The translations under genes and the position numbers were made by a program. A DNA stretch of 64,000 nt from Myxococcota bacterium (GTDB taxonomy: Bacteria > Myxococcota_A > UBA9160 > JAFDDA01), in assembly GCA_965228475.1 (NCBI GenBank), contig OZ245817.1:3776001-3840000 (forward strand). The letters run 5' to 3'. Positions 11,336-22,182 of the stretch are shown here, piece by piece. Within the stretch, counting starts at the first letter, position 1, and every line of letters starts with the position of its first letter. The notes beneath the pieces were generated by a model. That model ran no database searches. It saw only the letters and a program-made list of their open reading frames with translations, and was not told where the DNA came from.

Positions 11336-12574
11336 TCACTCGAGCTCGCGAACGGGCTTCAGGAAGAGGAGCGCCGTCACCCCGACGACGGCGGCGACGC
11401 AGCCCGAGAGCAGCATCATCCGCTCGGCGCCGATCGCCGTCGTGAGCTGGCCCGCCTGGAAGTAGCCGAGCGGCGAAGACGCCAGGAACATCAGCGTGTA
11501 CATGCTCATGACCCGCCCGATGAGCGGCGGCGACGCGTAGGTCTGGAGCAGCACGACGGCGTAGTTGATGAAGATCGATGCGCCGAGCCCCCACACGACG
11601 AGCAGCGCGGCCGAGAGAGCGAGCGAGCGGCTCTGGCTGTAGGCGACGAGCACCAGCCCGCCCGCCACGATGGAGACGCACAGCGCGCGCCCCCGGTGCG
11701 GGAGCGGGCGCAGCGTCAGCCCGATCGAGCCCGCGACGACGCCGCCCCCGAAGCACCCCCACAGCAGGCCGACCCAGAGGTCCGTCGCACCGAACACGTC
11801 GGGCACGAGGATCGGGAGGGTCACGGCGAAGGGGCCGATGAAGAAGATGCCGGGGACCGCCGCCAGCAGCAGGACGCCGAGCAGCGCGGGCTCCCCGGCG
11901 ACGTAGCGCAGGCCGTCGGCGAGGTCGTGCAGCACCTTGCGGTCGCTCGGCGGCGGCGGCCGGGTGCGGATCGTCGAGAAGGCGAGCGCGCCGAGCACCA
12001 GGAACGCGACCTCGATCGAGAAGGCGCTCGCGAGCCCGAAGGCTTCGGTCGCGAGGCCGCCGAGCGCGGGGCCGACGAACTGCAGCGAGGCCATGAAGCC
12101 CATCGTCCCGAGGATCACGCCGTTCGGCAGCGCTTCGGGGGCGACGATCTGGGGCAGCATGCTCTGACGCGTGGGGTTCGTGAAGGCGCCCGCGGTGCCG
12201 ACGAGCGCGGCCAGCGGGTAGACGGGCCAGATCAGGCCGGAATCCGAGAGACACAGCCAGACGTAGAGCATCGAGACCACGGCGCCGACGGCGTACGTCC
12301 GCACGAGGATGCGGCGATGCTCGATCCGGTCGGCCGCCGTGCCTCCGAACAGGACGACCAGGGCGGCCGGCAGCGTCTGGGCGATCAGGGCCGTCGAGAT
12401 CGCGAGCGCCCGCTCCTCGGAATCGACGCGGTCCCGGATGTAGAGCGGGACCGTCACGGCCTGGATCCCGACGCCCGTTCCCGCGACGAAGGACGCCATC
12501 CACCAGCGGCGGAAGCGGGGCGAGGTGAACGGATTGCGCGAGCCCGCGGGCGTCGCCGGCGAGGGCTCGGTCAC
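11336..12574 (-). CDS. MFS transporter (EntS/H+ antiporter-like)
   Basis: About 12 hydrophobic segments, GGTAADRIEHRRIL motif A, LIGRVMS. Confidence 0.85.
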   Translation of the reverse strand: MTEPSPATPAGSRNPFTSPRFRRWWMASFVAGTGVGIQAVTVPLYIRDRVDSEERALAISTALIAQTLPAALVVLFGGTAADRIEHRRILVRTYAVGAVVSMLYVWLCLSDSGLIWPVYPLAALVGTAGAFTNPTRQSMLPQIVAPEALPNGVILGTMGFMASLQFVGPALGGLATEAFGLASAFSIEVAFLVLGALAFSTIRTRPPPPSDRKVLHDLADGLRYVAGEPALLGVLLLAAVPGIFFIGPFAVTLPILVPDVFGATDLWVGLLWGCFGGGVVAGSIGLTLRPLPHRGRALCVSIVAGGLVLVAYSQSRSLALSAALLVVWGLGASIFINYAVVLLQTYASPPLIGRVMSMYTLMFLASSPLGYFQAGQLTTAIGAERMMLLSGCVAAVVGVTALLFLKPVRELE

Positions 12575-12605
12575 GCGGCTTGCAATCGCATGGGCGGGGA
12601 CGCCC

Positions 12606-13538
12606 TCACGGGCGGATCGTGCGCCCGGCCGCGAAGTCGGCGACGAGCTCGGCCATTCGCTCGGGGCGCGTGATGGGCAGCATGTGACTCCCGCCCTCGA
12701 GCACGACGAGCTGGCCCCGCTTGGCGCGCTCGGCCAGGTGCTCCCCGACGGAGAGGGGAACCAGCCGGTCGTCGTCGCCGTGGATCACGAGGATGGGCAG
12801 ATCGATGGGCGCCGGGTCGAGCTCCTCGTTCCACTCGAAGTACCGACCCTCTTCCCGCCAGGTCTCCATGGTATGGGGCGCCGAGAAGTTCGCTTCGAGC
12901 TGCGGCCCCCACCACTCGGGGATGGGTTCGTCGCTGAAGGCCTGCTGGCTCATCATCCCCTGGACCGCTCGGCCGGCGGGCGGCACCGCGGCCACCCAAC
13001 GAAGGACCGGGTCCGAGAACAGGAGCTTGAACAGGAACGGATCCTCGGGCGCATCGGGCCAGGGGCCGGCGCTGCCGACCAGCACGATCCGCCGGATGTG
13101 GGTCGGGTCCTTCAGGGCGGCCCGGATCGCGGTCGCGCCGCCGTAGGACCAACCGACGACCGTGACGTCGCGCAGGCCTTCGGCCGAGATCAGGGCGAGC
13201 AGGTCCGCGGCGCTGCCGTCGGGCGTGAAGGCGCCGTTGCGCCGGCGGTCCGAACGGTTGTAGCCGACGCGCGAATAGGCGATCACCCGATGCCCGCGCT
13301 TCGCGAGGGGCTCCATCATCGGAAACCAGTCGAGCGCCTGTCCGGGCAGGCCATGAACCAGCACGACCACGGGGCCGCGCCCCCGCGCCAGGGCCGCCAC
13401 CGAGGTATTGCCGGAAACGGCGATGCGGCCGTCCGCAGGCGGAAGCTCGGGGACCTCGCTCGGCACGGCGGCGTAGTAGAGCGGCGGCAGGGCGAGGAGA
13501 GCCCCCAACACGACCAACGCCACCAGGATCTTTCGCAC
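12606..13538 (-). CDS. alpha/beta hydrolase with N-terminal signal/anchor
   Basis: LVHGLPG oxyanion loop, GWSYGG nucleophile elbow, HGDDD, GSH. Confidence 0.85.
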   Translation of the reverse strand: MRKILVALVVLGALLALPPLYYAAVPSEVPELPPADGRIAVSGNTSVAALARGRGPVVVLVHGLPGQALDWFPMMEPLAKRGHRVIAYSRVGYNRSDRRRNGAFTPDGSAADLLALISAEGLRDVTVVGWSYGGATAIRAALKDPTHIRRIVLVGSAGPWPDAPEDPFLFKLLFSDPVLRWVAAVPPAGRAVQGMMSQQAFSDEPIPEWWGPQLEANFSAPHTMETWREEGRYFEWNEELDPAPIDLPILVIHGDDDRLVPLSVGEHLAERAKRGQLVVLEGGSHMLPITRPERMAELVADFAAGRTIRP

Positions 13539-13590
13539 GGGCCTCCCCTTCCGACCCGACTCAACTGCGCGGGCCGCGGAAAGTCAAGCC

Positions 13591-13629
13591 TGCACGGTTC
13601 TTGGGCACCCCCTGCCCGGCTTCCAGGCA
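13591..13629 (+). promoter_or_regulatory. tandem NtrC-like upstream activator sites
   Basis: TGCAC-N7-GGGCA (13591-13607) and TGCCC-N7-AGGCA (13613-13629) resemble TGCAC-N7-GTGCA; 22 bp apart, about 100-130 bp upstream of a sigma-54 promoter. Confidence 0.6.
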
Positions 13630-13696
13630 GTCGGCGGGCCTTCACCGGCCCGACACGGCCCAGGGTCCCCCAGGTGCGCCTCCGCCCGCGCAAGCG

Positions 13697-13712
13697 TGGC
13701 ACGCGCCTTGCT
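13697..13712 (+). promoter_or_regulatory. sigma-54 (-24/-12) promoter of the second amt-glnK
   Basis: TGGCACGCGCCTTGCT matches TGGCACG-N4-TTGCW exactly. Confidence 0.85.
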
Positions 13713-13797
13713 CTTGGCCTCCGGTCTGAGTCGGAAACCAAGGCCCGGAGCGCGCCGCAAGGGTGCCGCGCGCAGCTTCGGGCAGGAAAGGGTCCCC

Positions 13798-15479
<1,682 letters not shown>

Positions 15480-15623
15480 CTCCGAGAACGGAGCCGCGTC
15501 GCTTTCGAAACGGCGCAGCGATTCGACAGACGGCCGGGTCCGCGCTCGCGGACCCGGCCGTTGCGCGTTTCCGGAACCGGTGGGCGAGCCGGGCCGCCGC
15601 GCTTCCCGTATCCTGCGTCCCGC

Positions 15624-16886
15624 ATGAACGGCCTCGCCGGCTTCACGAACGCCTTCCTCCTCCTCTACGGTCTCGACGCGGGCTTCTCCCTCTTCGAGGA
15701 GCTCTTCCGCCTGGCGACGGGCTCGACGGCCTTGCTCGGGCCGCGCAACCTGCTGGCGTTTCCGGTCGTCCTGGCGGCCCTCGGCGGGTTCCCGTGCCTC
15801 GTGATCTCGCCGGCCCTCCCGGCCCGACTGCTCGTCCCGCTCTTCGTCTCGGTCCTCTGGCTCAACTGGGGTGCGGCGCCGCTCGCGATGTTCCTGGCGC
15901 CTCCGGCCCTCGGATTCGCAGCGACGGCCATCCAGTGCGGGGCAGCGCTGATCGCGTTCTCGTGGGTACGCCGCCAGAACGCCCGGCGCGGCGAAGCGTC
16001 GAGCTGGTGGCTCGGCGACCCGGCGGCACCGCCCTTCTCCGCGTCCCACAGCCTGCGCATGCTGCTGCTCTACGGTTTCGTACTGCTGCCGGCGTTCGGC
16101 CTCTACGGCGTGCTCCTGTTCGCGACGACGGTGCAGGTGGCGACCCGTGAATTCGTCACCTTCGACCGCGAAGGCATCTCTCTCGCGGACCGGCGCTACG
16201 AACGCGAAGGGCAAAAGCTCCGGCTGGTCGGAATGATGCACATCGGGGAAGCCTCGAACTATCGAGAAGTCGTCGAGAGCTTCGTGGCCCCCGGAACGAT
16301 CGTGCTCGAAGAGGGCGTGACCGACACCACCGGCGTGATGAGCGAGACCCTCGCGTACGACGGCGTGGCGAGCGTTCTCGGACTCGACGCCCAGGACGAA
16401 CTCTCCGAGTACCTGCGCGAATCCGAGGAGGCGCCGCTTCCCGAGTGGCCGGTCTTCCGCCACGCAGACGTCGACCTCGAGACCTTCTCGCCGAAGACGA
16501 TCGAGTGGCTCGGCTACACCCAGGAGATCTGGGCGGGCGAGGACTGGCTCGCCGCGCTCCGACAGATCCTCACGAAGGCCGGCGAAGACCCGGAGCTTGC
16601 CAAGGCCATCGAATGGGACCTCTTCACCCAGCGCAACGCGCAGCTCCTCGAACACATCGCGGAGGCCCAGGGCGAGTTCGAGACCGTCGTCGTGCCCTGG
16701 GGTGCGCTCCACCTCCCCGCGATCGAGCGGCAGATCCTCGCCGACGGCTACGAACCCGCGGGCGAGGTCCGGCGGCGGCTCGTCGACTGGGAGACCGTGA
16801 GCGAGGCCCTCGCACGAAGGAACGCCGTGAAGGACGAGGAGGCGGCCGGTCCCGACTCCGACGTCGACGGTCCACCGGACGCCTGA
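15624..16886 (+). CDS. membrane protein with C-terminal TraB/GumN(Tiki)-like domain
   Basis: About 5 N-terminal TM segments, then LVGMMHIG, VLEEG, QRNA, PWGALH motifs. Confidence 0.55.
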   Translation: MNGLAGFTNAFLLLYGLDAGFSLFEELFRLATGSTALLGPRNLLAFPVVLAALGGFPCLVISPALPARLLVPLFVSVLWLNWGAAPLAMFLAPPALGFAATAIQCGAALIAFSWVRRQNARRGEASSWWLGDPAAPPFSASHSLRMLLLYGFVLLPAFGLYGVLLFATTVQVATREFVTFDREGISLADRRYEREGQKLRLVGMMHIGEASNYREVVESFVAPGTIVLEEGVTDTTGVMSETLAYDGVASVLGLDAQDELSEYLRESEEAPLPEWPVFRHADVDLETFSPKTIEWLGYTQEIWAGEDWLAALRQILTKAGEDPELAKAIEWDLFTQRNAQLLEHIAEAQGEFETVVVPWGALHLPAIERQILADGYEPAGEVRRRLVDWETVSEALARRNAVKDEEAAGPDSDVDGPPDA

Positions 16887-16905
16887 CACCGTATACTGGC
16901 GCGCC

Positions 16906-17727
16906 ATGTACGAGCAGATCCTCTACGAAGTCGAAGAGCCCATCGCCACCATCACGCTGAACCGACCCGACCGGCTCAACGCCTGGACGGACCGCATGGG
17001 CGCGGAGGTTCGCCACGCCGTGGGCGAGGCCGAGAAGGACCCCTCGGTCGTCGGCATCATCCTCACCGGCGCCGGGCGCGGCTTCTGCGCGGGCGCCGAC
17101 CTCGGCACCCTCGAAGCGATCGGCGAGGGCGACCGCGGGGGCAGCGACTTCCCGGAACTCGCCGCGGACCCGGGCGACCCCGGCATGGGGGAGTCCTTCC
17201 GCGGCTCCTACACCTACCTGATGTCGGTCCGGAAACCCGTGATCGCCGCGATCAACGGGCCCTGCGCGGGCATGGCCATGCCGATCTCGCTGTGCGCCGA
17301 CCTCCGCTTCGCCTCGGACCGGGCGGTGTTCACGACGGCCTTCGTCCAGCGCGGCCTGATCGCCGAGTGGGGCATCAGCTGGCTCCTGCCGCGCCTCGTC
17401 GGAACGGCCCACGCCATGGACCTCTTGATCTCCGCGCGCAAGATCGACGGCGCGGAAGCCGAGCGCATCGGCCTCGTGAACCGCACCCTGCCTCACGACG
17501 AGCTGCTGCCCTTCGTCCGCGACTACGTCCGCAACCTCGCGGAGAACTGCTCGCCCACCTCCATGCGGATCATGAAGCAGCAGGTCTATCGCGATCTCAC
17601 CGAGAGTCTCGAGGATGCGCATGCCACGGCGGTGAGCGAGATGATCGCCACCTTCGACCGCCCCGACTTCAAGGAAGGCGTCCAGTCCTTCCTGGCGAAG
17701 CGCAAGCCGCGCTTCGAGCGCTTCTAG
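16906..17727 (+). CDS. enoyl-CoA hydratase/isomerase family protein
   Basis: LNRPDRLNA, GRGFCAGADL, KPVIAAINGPCAG, DFKEGVQSFLAKRKP. Confidence 0.9.
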   Translation: MYEQILYEVEEPIATITLNRPDRLNAWTDRMGAEVRHAVGEAEKDPSVVGIILTGAGRGFCAGADLGTLEAIGEGDRGGSDFPELAADPGDPGMGESFRGSYTYLMSVRKPVIAAINGPCAGMAMPISLCADLRFASDRAVFTTAFVQRGLIAEWGISWLLPRLVGTAHAMDLLISARKIDGAEAERIGLVNRTLPHDELLPFVRDYVRNLAENCSPTSMRIMKQQVYRDLTESLEDAHATAVSEMIATFDRPDFKEGVQSFLAKRKPRFERF

Positions 17728-17734
17728 TCCGCGC

Positions 17735-18943
17735 GTGGGGGAAGGCAGCCAGGCCGTGCGCGAAGGCCCCACCCATCCCGGGATTCGGCTGCTCGACGGC
17801 GATTTCTACGCCTCGGACCCGCACCCGCACTACCGGTGGATGCGCGAGAACGCCCCCGTCTACTGGGATCCGAGCGCGGAGCTCTTCGGCGTCGCGAGCC
17901 ACGCCAACGTCCAGTTCGTCTCGAAGCACCCGGAGACGTTCTGCTCGGGCCGGAGCTCCCGCCCGGACGCGCCCGCCATCCCCTCGATGATCAACCTCGA
18001 CGACCCGCTGCACATGCAGCGCAGGAACCTGGTGAACCGCGGCTTCACGCCGCGCCGGGTCCGCGAGCACGAGCCGCGCATCCGCGAGATCTGCCGCAAC
18101 CTGATCGCCGGCGTCCGGGACCGCACGTCCTTCGACTTCGTGCGGGAGGTCGCCGCGCCGCTTCCACTGATCGTGATCGGCGACCTGCTCGGCGTGAAGG
18201 AGGAGGATCACGCGGACCTCCTGCGCTGGTCCGACGATCTGATCGCCGCGACGCGGCGCGACGCGCCCGAGGACGTCGCCGAGCGCGCGGCCCGGGCCTT
18301 CGGCGAGTACGCCGCCTACCACGCGGCCTCCGTCGCCGAGCGGCGCGCAAATCCGACGGACGATCTCCTGAGCGTCCTCGTCCACGCGGAGGTCGACGGC
18401 CTCGAGCTCGACGACGAGGCGCTCCTCCACGAATCGCTGCTCATCCTGATCGGCGGCGACGAGACCACCCGCCACGTGATCTCGGGCGGCATGGAGGCCC
18501 TGATCCGCAACCCGGACGAGCGGCGGCGCCTCGAGGCCGACCCCGCGCTCCTCCCGGGCGCGGTCGAGGAGATGCTCCGCTTCGTTTCACCCATCGCGAA
18601 CATGAACCGCACGGCGACCCGGGACACGGAGCTCGCGGGCGTTCCGGTCCGCGAGGGCGACCGCCTGCTCCTGCTCTACCCCTCGGCCAACCGCGACGCC
18701 CGGGTCTTCGACGCCCCCGACGCCTTCGACGTCGGCCGCGACCCGAACCCGCACCTCGCCTTCGGCGGCTTCGGCGCCCACTTCTGCCTGGGCGCGAGCC
18801 TTGCCCGTCTTGAGCTGCGGATCATGTTCGAGGAGCTGCTCACCGGACTGCCCGCCCTCGCCCTCGAGAGCGACGCGCCGCTGCCGCGCACGCCGAGCAA
18901 CTTCATCCCGGGCATCCGGGAGATGAAGGTCGGTTTCGCCTAG
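17735..18943 (+). CDS. cytochrome P450, CYP142-like
   Basis: I-helix LILIGGDETTRH, EEMLR (ExxR), heme loop FGAHFCLG. Confidence 0.88.
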   Translation: MGEGSQAVREGPTHPGIRLLDGDFYASDPHPHYRWMRENAPVYWDPSAELFGVASHANVQFVSKHPETFCSGRSSRPDAPAIPSMINLDDPLHMQRRNLVNRGFTPRRVREHEPRIREICRNLIAGVRDRTSFDFVREVAAPLPLIVIGDLLGVKEEDHADLLRWSDDLIAATRRDAPEDVAERAARAFGEYAAYHAASVAERRANPTDDLLSVLVHAEVDGLELDDEALLHESLLILIGGDETTRHVISGGMEALIRNPDERRRLEADPALLPGAVEEMLRFVSPIANMNRTATRDTELAGVPVREGDRLLLLYPSANRDARVFDAPDAFDVGRDPNPHLAFGGFGAHFCLGASLARLELRIMFEELLTGLPALALESDAPLPRTPSNFIPGIREMKVGFA

Positions 18944-20370
18944 TCGTCGCCGACGGTCATGACGCGGATCATGTCCGTGCTTCCGGTCTGCTTCGAGAGA
19001 CCCGCGGTGACGATCACGATGTCGCCGGGCACGACGAAGCCCGCCTCCCGGGCCTGCTGGATGCCGTAGGCGATCCGGGCATCGTCGCCGACTTCGCCGT
19101 CGTAGCGCAGCGCGGTGATGCCCCAGTTCAGGCAGAGCTGCCGCGCCACGTGCTCCGAGTTCGTGAGCGCCAGGATCGGACACGGCGGGCGGTACTTCGA
19201 GATCATGCGCGAAGTGAAGCCGCTCTCGGTCAGCGCGAGGATCGCCGCAGCGTGGAGGTGCTTCGCCATCGTGATCGCCGCCTGGCTGACGGCCTCGCTG
19301 ACCTGGTTCTCCGGGTCGGGGTGGACGTGCTGCAGGTGGCCGTAGTCGGCGAGGGAGGCTTCGGCGTGCTGGGCCAGGCGCGACATCGTGGCGACGGCCT
19401 GCACGGGGTGGGCGCCGATCGCCGTCTCCCCGGAGAGCATCACGGCCGAGGTGCCGTCGAAGATCGCGTTGGCCACGTCGCTCGCTTCGGCGCGGGTCGG
19501 GCGCGGGTTGCGCTCCATCGAATCGAGCATCTGGGTCGCCGTGATGACGGGTTTTCCGTTCATCACGGTGGCCCGGATGATCCGCTTCTGCACCGCAGGC
19601 ACCTGCTCGACCGGCAGCTCCACGCCGAGGTCGCCGCGGGCGACCATGGTCCCGTTCGCCGCCGAGACGATCGCGTCGAGGTGCTCGACCCCGGAGCGGC
19701 TCTCGATCTTCGCGATGATCGGGATCTGCGCTCCGTTGGCGGCGAGCACCTCGCGGATCTCCTCGACGTCCGCCGGGTTGCGCACGAAGGACGCCGCGAT
19801 GTAGTCGAAGTCGTGCTCGGCGGCGAAGACGAGGTCCGCTTCGTTCTCGCGTCCCATCGAGCGGAACTGGAGCTCGGTGTGCGGCAGGTTGACGCCCTTG
19901 CGGCTGCGCAGGATCCCCCCGCTCTCGACGCGGCAGCGCACCCGGGCGCCCTCGACTGCCAGGACCGTGAGTTCGATGGCCCCGTCGTCGAGCAGGATCG
20001 GATCCCCGACCTCCACGCTCCGCGCGAGCCCGGAGTCGCTCACCGAGACGCCGGTCGCGTCGCCCTCGCGGGGTTCGCAGTGCAGGTCGAAGTCGTTCCC
20101 CGCCTCGAGCTCGGCCAGGTTCCCGGCGATCTCGCCGACGCGGACTTCGATTCCGCGCGTGTCGAGCATGGTGGCCACGGGGCGGCCGGTGCGCTCGCAG
20201 GCCTGGGCGAGGCGGTCGAGGCGGGCTTCGTGCTCGGCGGGGTCGCCATGGGAGAAGTTCAGGCGGGCGACGTTCATGCCGGCATGGATCATCTGGGCCA
20301 GGACGCCCACGTCGTCACAGGCCGGCCCGAGCGTGGCGATCACCTTCGTCTTTCGGATGCGCTGGTTCAC
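18940..20370 (-). CDS. pyk: pyruvate kinase
   Basis: RKTKVIATLGPA, ARLNFSHG, KGVNLP, IIAKIE, MVARGDLGVE, TATQMLDSM, MLSGETA. Confidence 0.95.
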   Translation of the reverse strand: MNQRIRKTKVIATLGPACDDVGVLAQMIHAGMNVARLNFSHGDPAEHEARLDRLAQACERTGRPVATMLDTRGIEVRVGEIAGNLAELEAGNDFDLHCEPREGDATGVSVSDSGLARSVEVGDPILLDDGAIELTVLAVEGARVRCRVESGGILRSRKGVNLPHTELQFRSMGRENEADLVFAAEHDFDYIAASFVRNPADVEEIREVLAANGAQIPIIAKIESRSGVEHLDAIVSAANGTMVARGDLGVELPVEQVPAVQKRIIRATVMNGKPVITATQMLDSMERNPRPTRAEASDVANAIFDGTSAVMLSGETAIGAHPVQAVATMSRLAQHAEASLADYGHLQHVHPDPENQVSEAVSQAAITMAKHLHAAAILALTESGFTSRMISKYRPPCPILALTNSEHVARQLCLNWGITALRYDGEVGDDARIAYGIQQAREAGFVVPGDIVIVTAGLSKQTGSTDMIRVMTVGDD

Positions 20371-20499
20371 TCGGGGTTCCCTGCTCGTCGCTGCGGGCCG
20401 GCTCGATCCGACCTCCGAGCTTCCGAGTTAGCCACCCCTTCCGAGGGGGTCAAGCAAGGCGCCAGCGTGGGCGTGCTACCGGTCGAGGGGGAGGATGCC

Positions 20500-21264
20500 A
20501 TGACCGTCCACTACGAAGCCGAGGCGCCGATCGCCATCATCACCCTCGACCGCCCGGAGGTCCGCAACGCCGTCGACTCGGCCACCGCGGAGGCGCTCGC
20601 AGCGGCCTTCCGGCGTTTCGAATCCGACGACGACCTGGTCGCCGCCGTCTTGACCGGCGCCGCGGGAACGTTCTGCGCGGGCGCCGATCTCAAGGCGGTC
20701 TCCGCCGGCCGGGGCAACCCGGTCCGCGAAGAGGGCGACGGCCCCATGGGCCCGACGCGGATGCGGCTCGACAAGCCGGTCATCGCCGCCGTCGAGGGGC
20801 ACGCCGTGGCCGGCGGCCTCGAGCTGGCGCTCTGGTGCGATCTCCGCGTCGCGGCCGAAGATGCGATCTTCGGGGTCTACTGCCGGCGCTGGGGCGTACC
20901 GCTGATCGATGGCGGCACCGTCCGGCTCCCGCGCATCGTCGGCGAGGGAAACGCGCTCGACCTGATCCTCACGGGCCGGCCGGTCTCCGGCGACGAGGCC
21001 CTGCGGATGGGCCTGGTGAACCGCCTGGTCGCGCCGGGAGCGGCCCTCGCCGCCGCCCGCGAACTCGCCGCGAGCCTCGCCGCCTTCCCCCAGCGCTGCC
21101 TGCGAAGCGACCGCCGCTCGGCGATCGACCAGCACGGCCTGCCGCTCGCCGACGCGATCCGCAACGAGTTCCGCCAGGGCATCGAAGTGATCGAATCGGG
21201 CGAGACGCGCGAGGGCGCCAGCCGCTTCGCCGGCGGCGCGGGCCGGCATGGCCGATTCGAGTGA
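20500..21264 (+). CDS. crotonase/enoyl-CoA hydratase family protein
   Basis: RPEVRNAV, FCAGADL, AVAGGLELALWCDLR, WGVPLIDGG; GAGG RBS. Confidence 0.9.
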   Translation: MTVHYEAEAPIAIITLDRPEVRNAVDSATAEALAAAFRRFESDDDLVAAVLTGAAGTFCAGADLKAVSAGRGNPVREEGDGPMGPTRMRLDKPVIAAVEGHAVAGGLELALWCDLRVAAEDAIFGVYCRRWGVPLIDGGTVRLPRIVGEGNALDLILTGRPVSGDEALRMGLVNRLVAPGAALAAARELAASLAAFPQRCLRSDRRSAIDQHGLPLADAIRNEFRQGIEVIESGETREGASRFAGGAGRHGRFE

Positions 21265-21365
21265 CCCCGGATGGGCTATTCCTGAGGATTCAAAGAGGAA
21301 TGACCCATCGCATTCAATCCCTAAGTTGCAGATTAAAAAGGGATATGTGTCCTTCATCCGAAATT

Positions 21366-21382
21366 GATTGAATGACTCAATC
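21366..21382. promoter_or_regulatory. palindromic operator in an AT-rich intergenic segment (candidate TetR site)
   Basis: GATTGA-ATGAC-TCAATC inverted repeat about 20 bp upstream of the TetR ATG. Confidence 0.5.
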
Positions 21383-21401
21383 GATCGGGTAACCAGAGGA
21401 C

Positions 21402-22121
21402 ATGGCGCGTCCCCGGAGCCAGGAAACCCTCGAACGCCTGCAGGAGGCTGCTCTATGGGTTTTTGCCCACGACGGCATCCACAGCGCCCGCATGGGCGAG
21501 GTGGCGAAGCGGGCCGGGATCGCCCACGGCACGGTCTACGGCTACGTCGCCGGGAAGGAGGCCCTCCTCTGGCTGGCCCTGCGCGTGGGCGACCTGCCGC
21601 GCCTGGCCGAGCTCCCGCTCCGCGAACCCGGCCGCCGCGCCCTCGAATCGACCGTCGAGAAGCGGGCGCACGCCCTTCATGCCCTGCCTCCCCTCGAACG
21701 GGCCCTCGACCGCGCCGGCACCCCGGCCGGGCCCGAGGAGCTCGGACACATTCTCGCGGACCACTACGACCGGGCTCGGCGAACCGCCCGGGAACTCGCC
21801 TTCCTCGAGCGGGCGGCGCAGGAACGCCCGCTCGTCCGGCGCCATCTTCACCGGGAACGGGCGGCGCTCCTGGATCGCATGCAGCGCTACCTCGAGAGCC
21901 GCATCGCGCTCGGCTGGGTGGAGCCCGTGGGCGATGCGCGCGTCGCGGGGCGCGTGGCGCTCGATGCCGTCGCCCACTGCGCGCGGCGTCACGAAGAGGA
22001 GCCGGACCCGGTGTTCCGGCCAGACTCCGTGGCCCGGGAGACCGTCGTCACCCTGGCCGCGCGCGGCCTGCTCGCCCAGGCGTCGCGGCCACCGTCGACG
22101 GGCGGCGCTTCGGTCCACTAG
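21402..22121 (+). CDS. TetR/AcrR family regulator
   Basis: N-terminal HTH: FAHDG..ARMGEVAKRAGIAHGTVYGYVAGKEAL. Confidence 0.8.
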   Translation: MARPRSQETLERLQEAALWVFAHDGIHSARMGEVAKRAGIAHGTVYGYVAGKEALLWLALRVGDLPRLAELPLREPGRRALESTVEKRAHALHALPPLERALDRAGTPAGPEELGHILADHYDRARRTARELAFLERAAQERPLVRRHLHRERAALLDRMQRYLESRIALGWVEPVGDARVAGRVALDAVAHCARRHEEEPDPVFRPDSVARETVVTLAARGLLAQASRPPSTGGASVH

Positions 22122-22182
22122 GGCGCTTCTCGGAGTCACCAGAGGCTCGGCGGTGTAGGATGCAGCCGCGCCCGGAGGCCCC

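Noticed and set aside
20425..20453. Sigma-70 promoter for pyk (TTGACC-N17-TAACTC, minus strand)
   Set aside because: The -10 element lacks the conserved final T; plausible but too weak to call
19150..21264. 704-aa ORF ending in a crotonase
   Set aside because: The upstream part is antisense to pyk; the real start is ATG 20500 with an RBS
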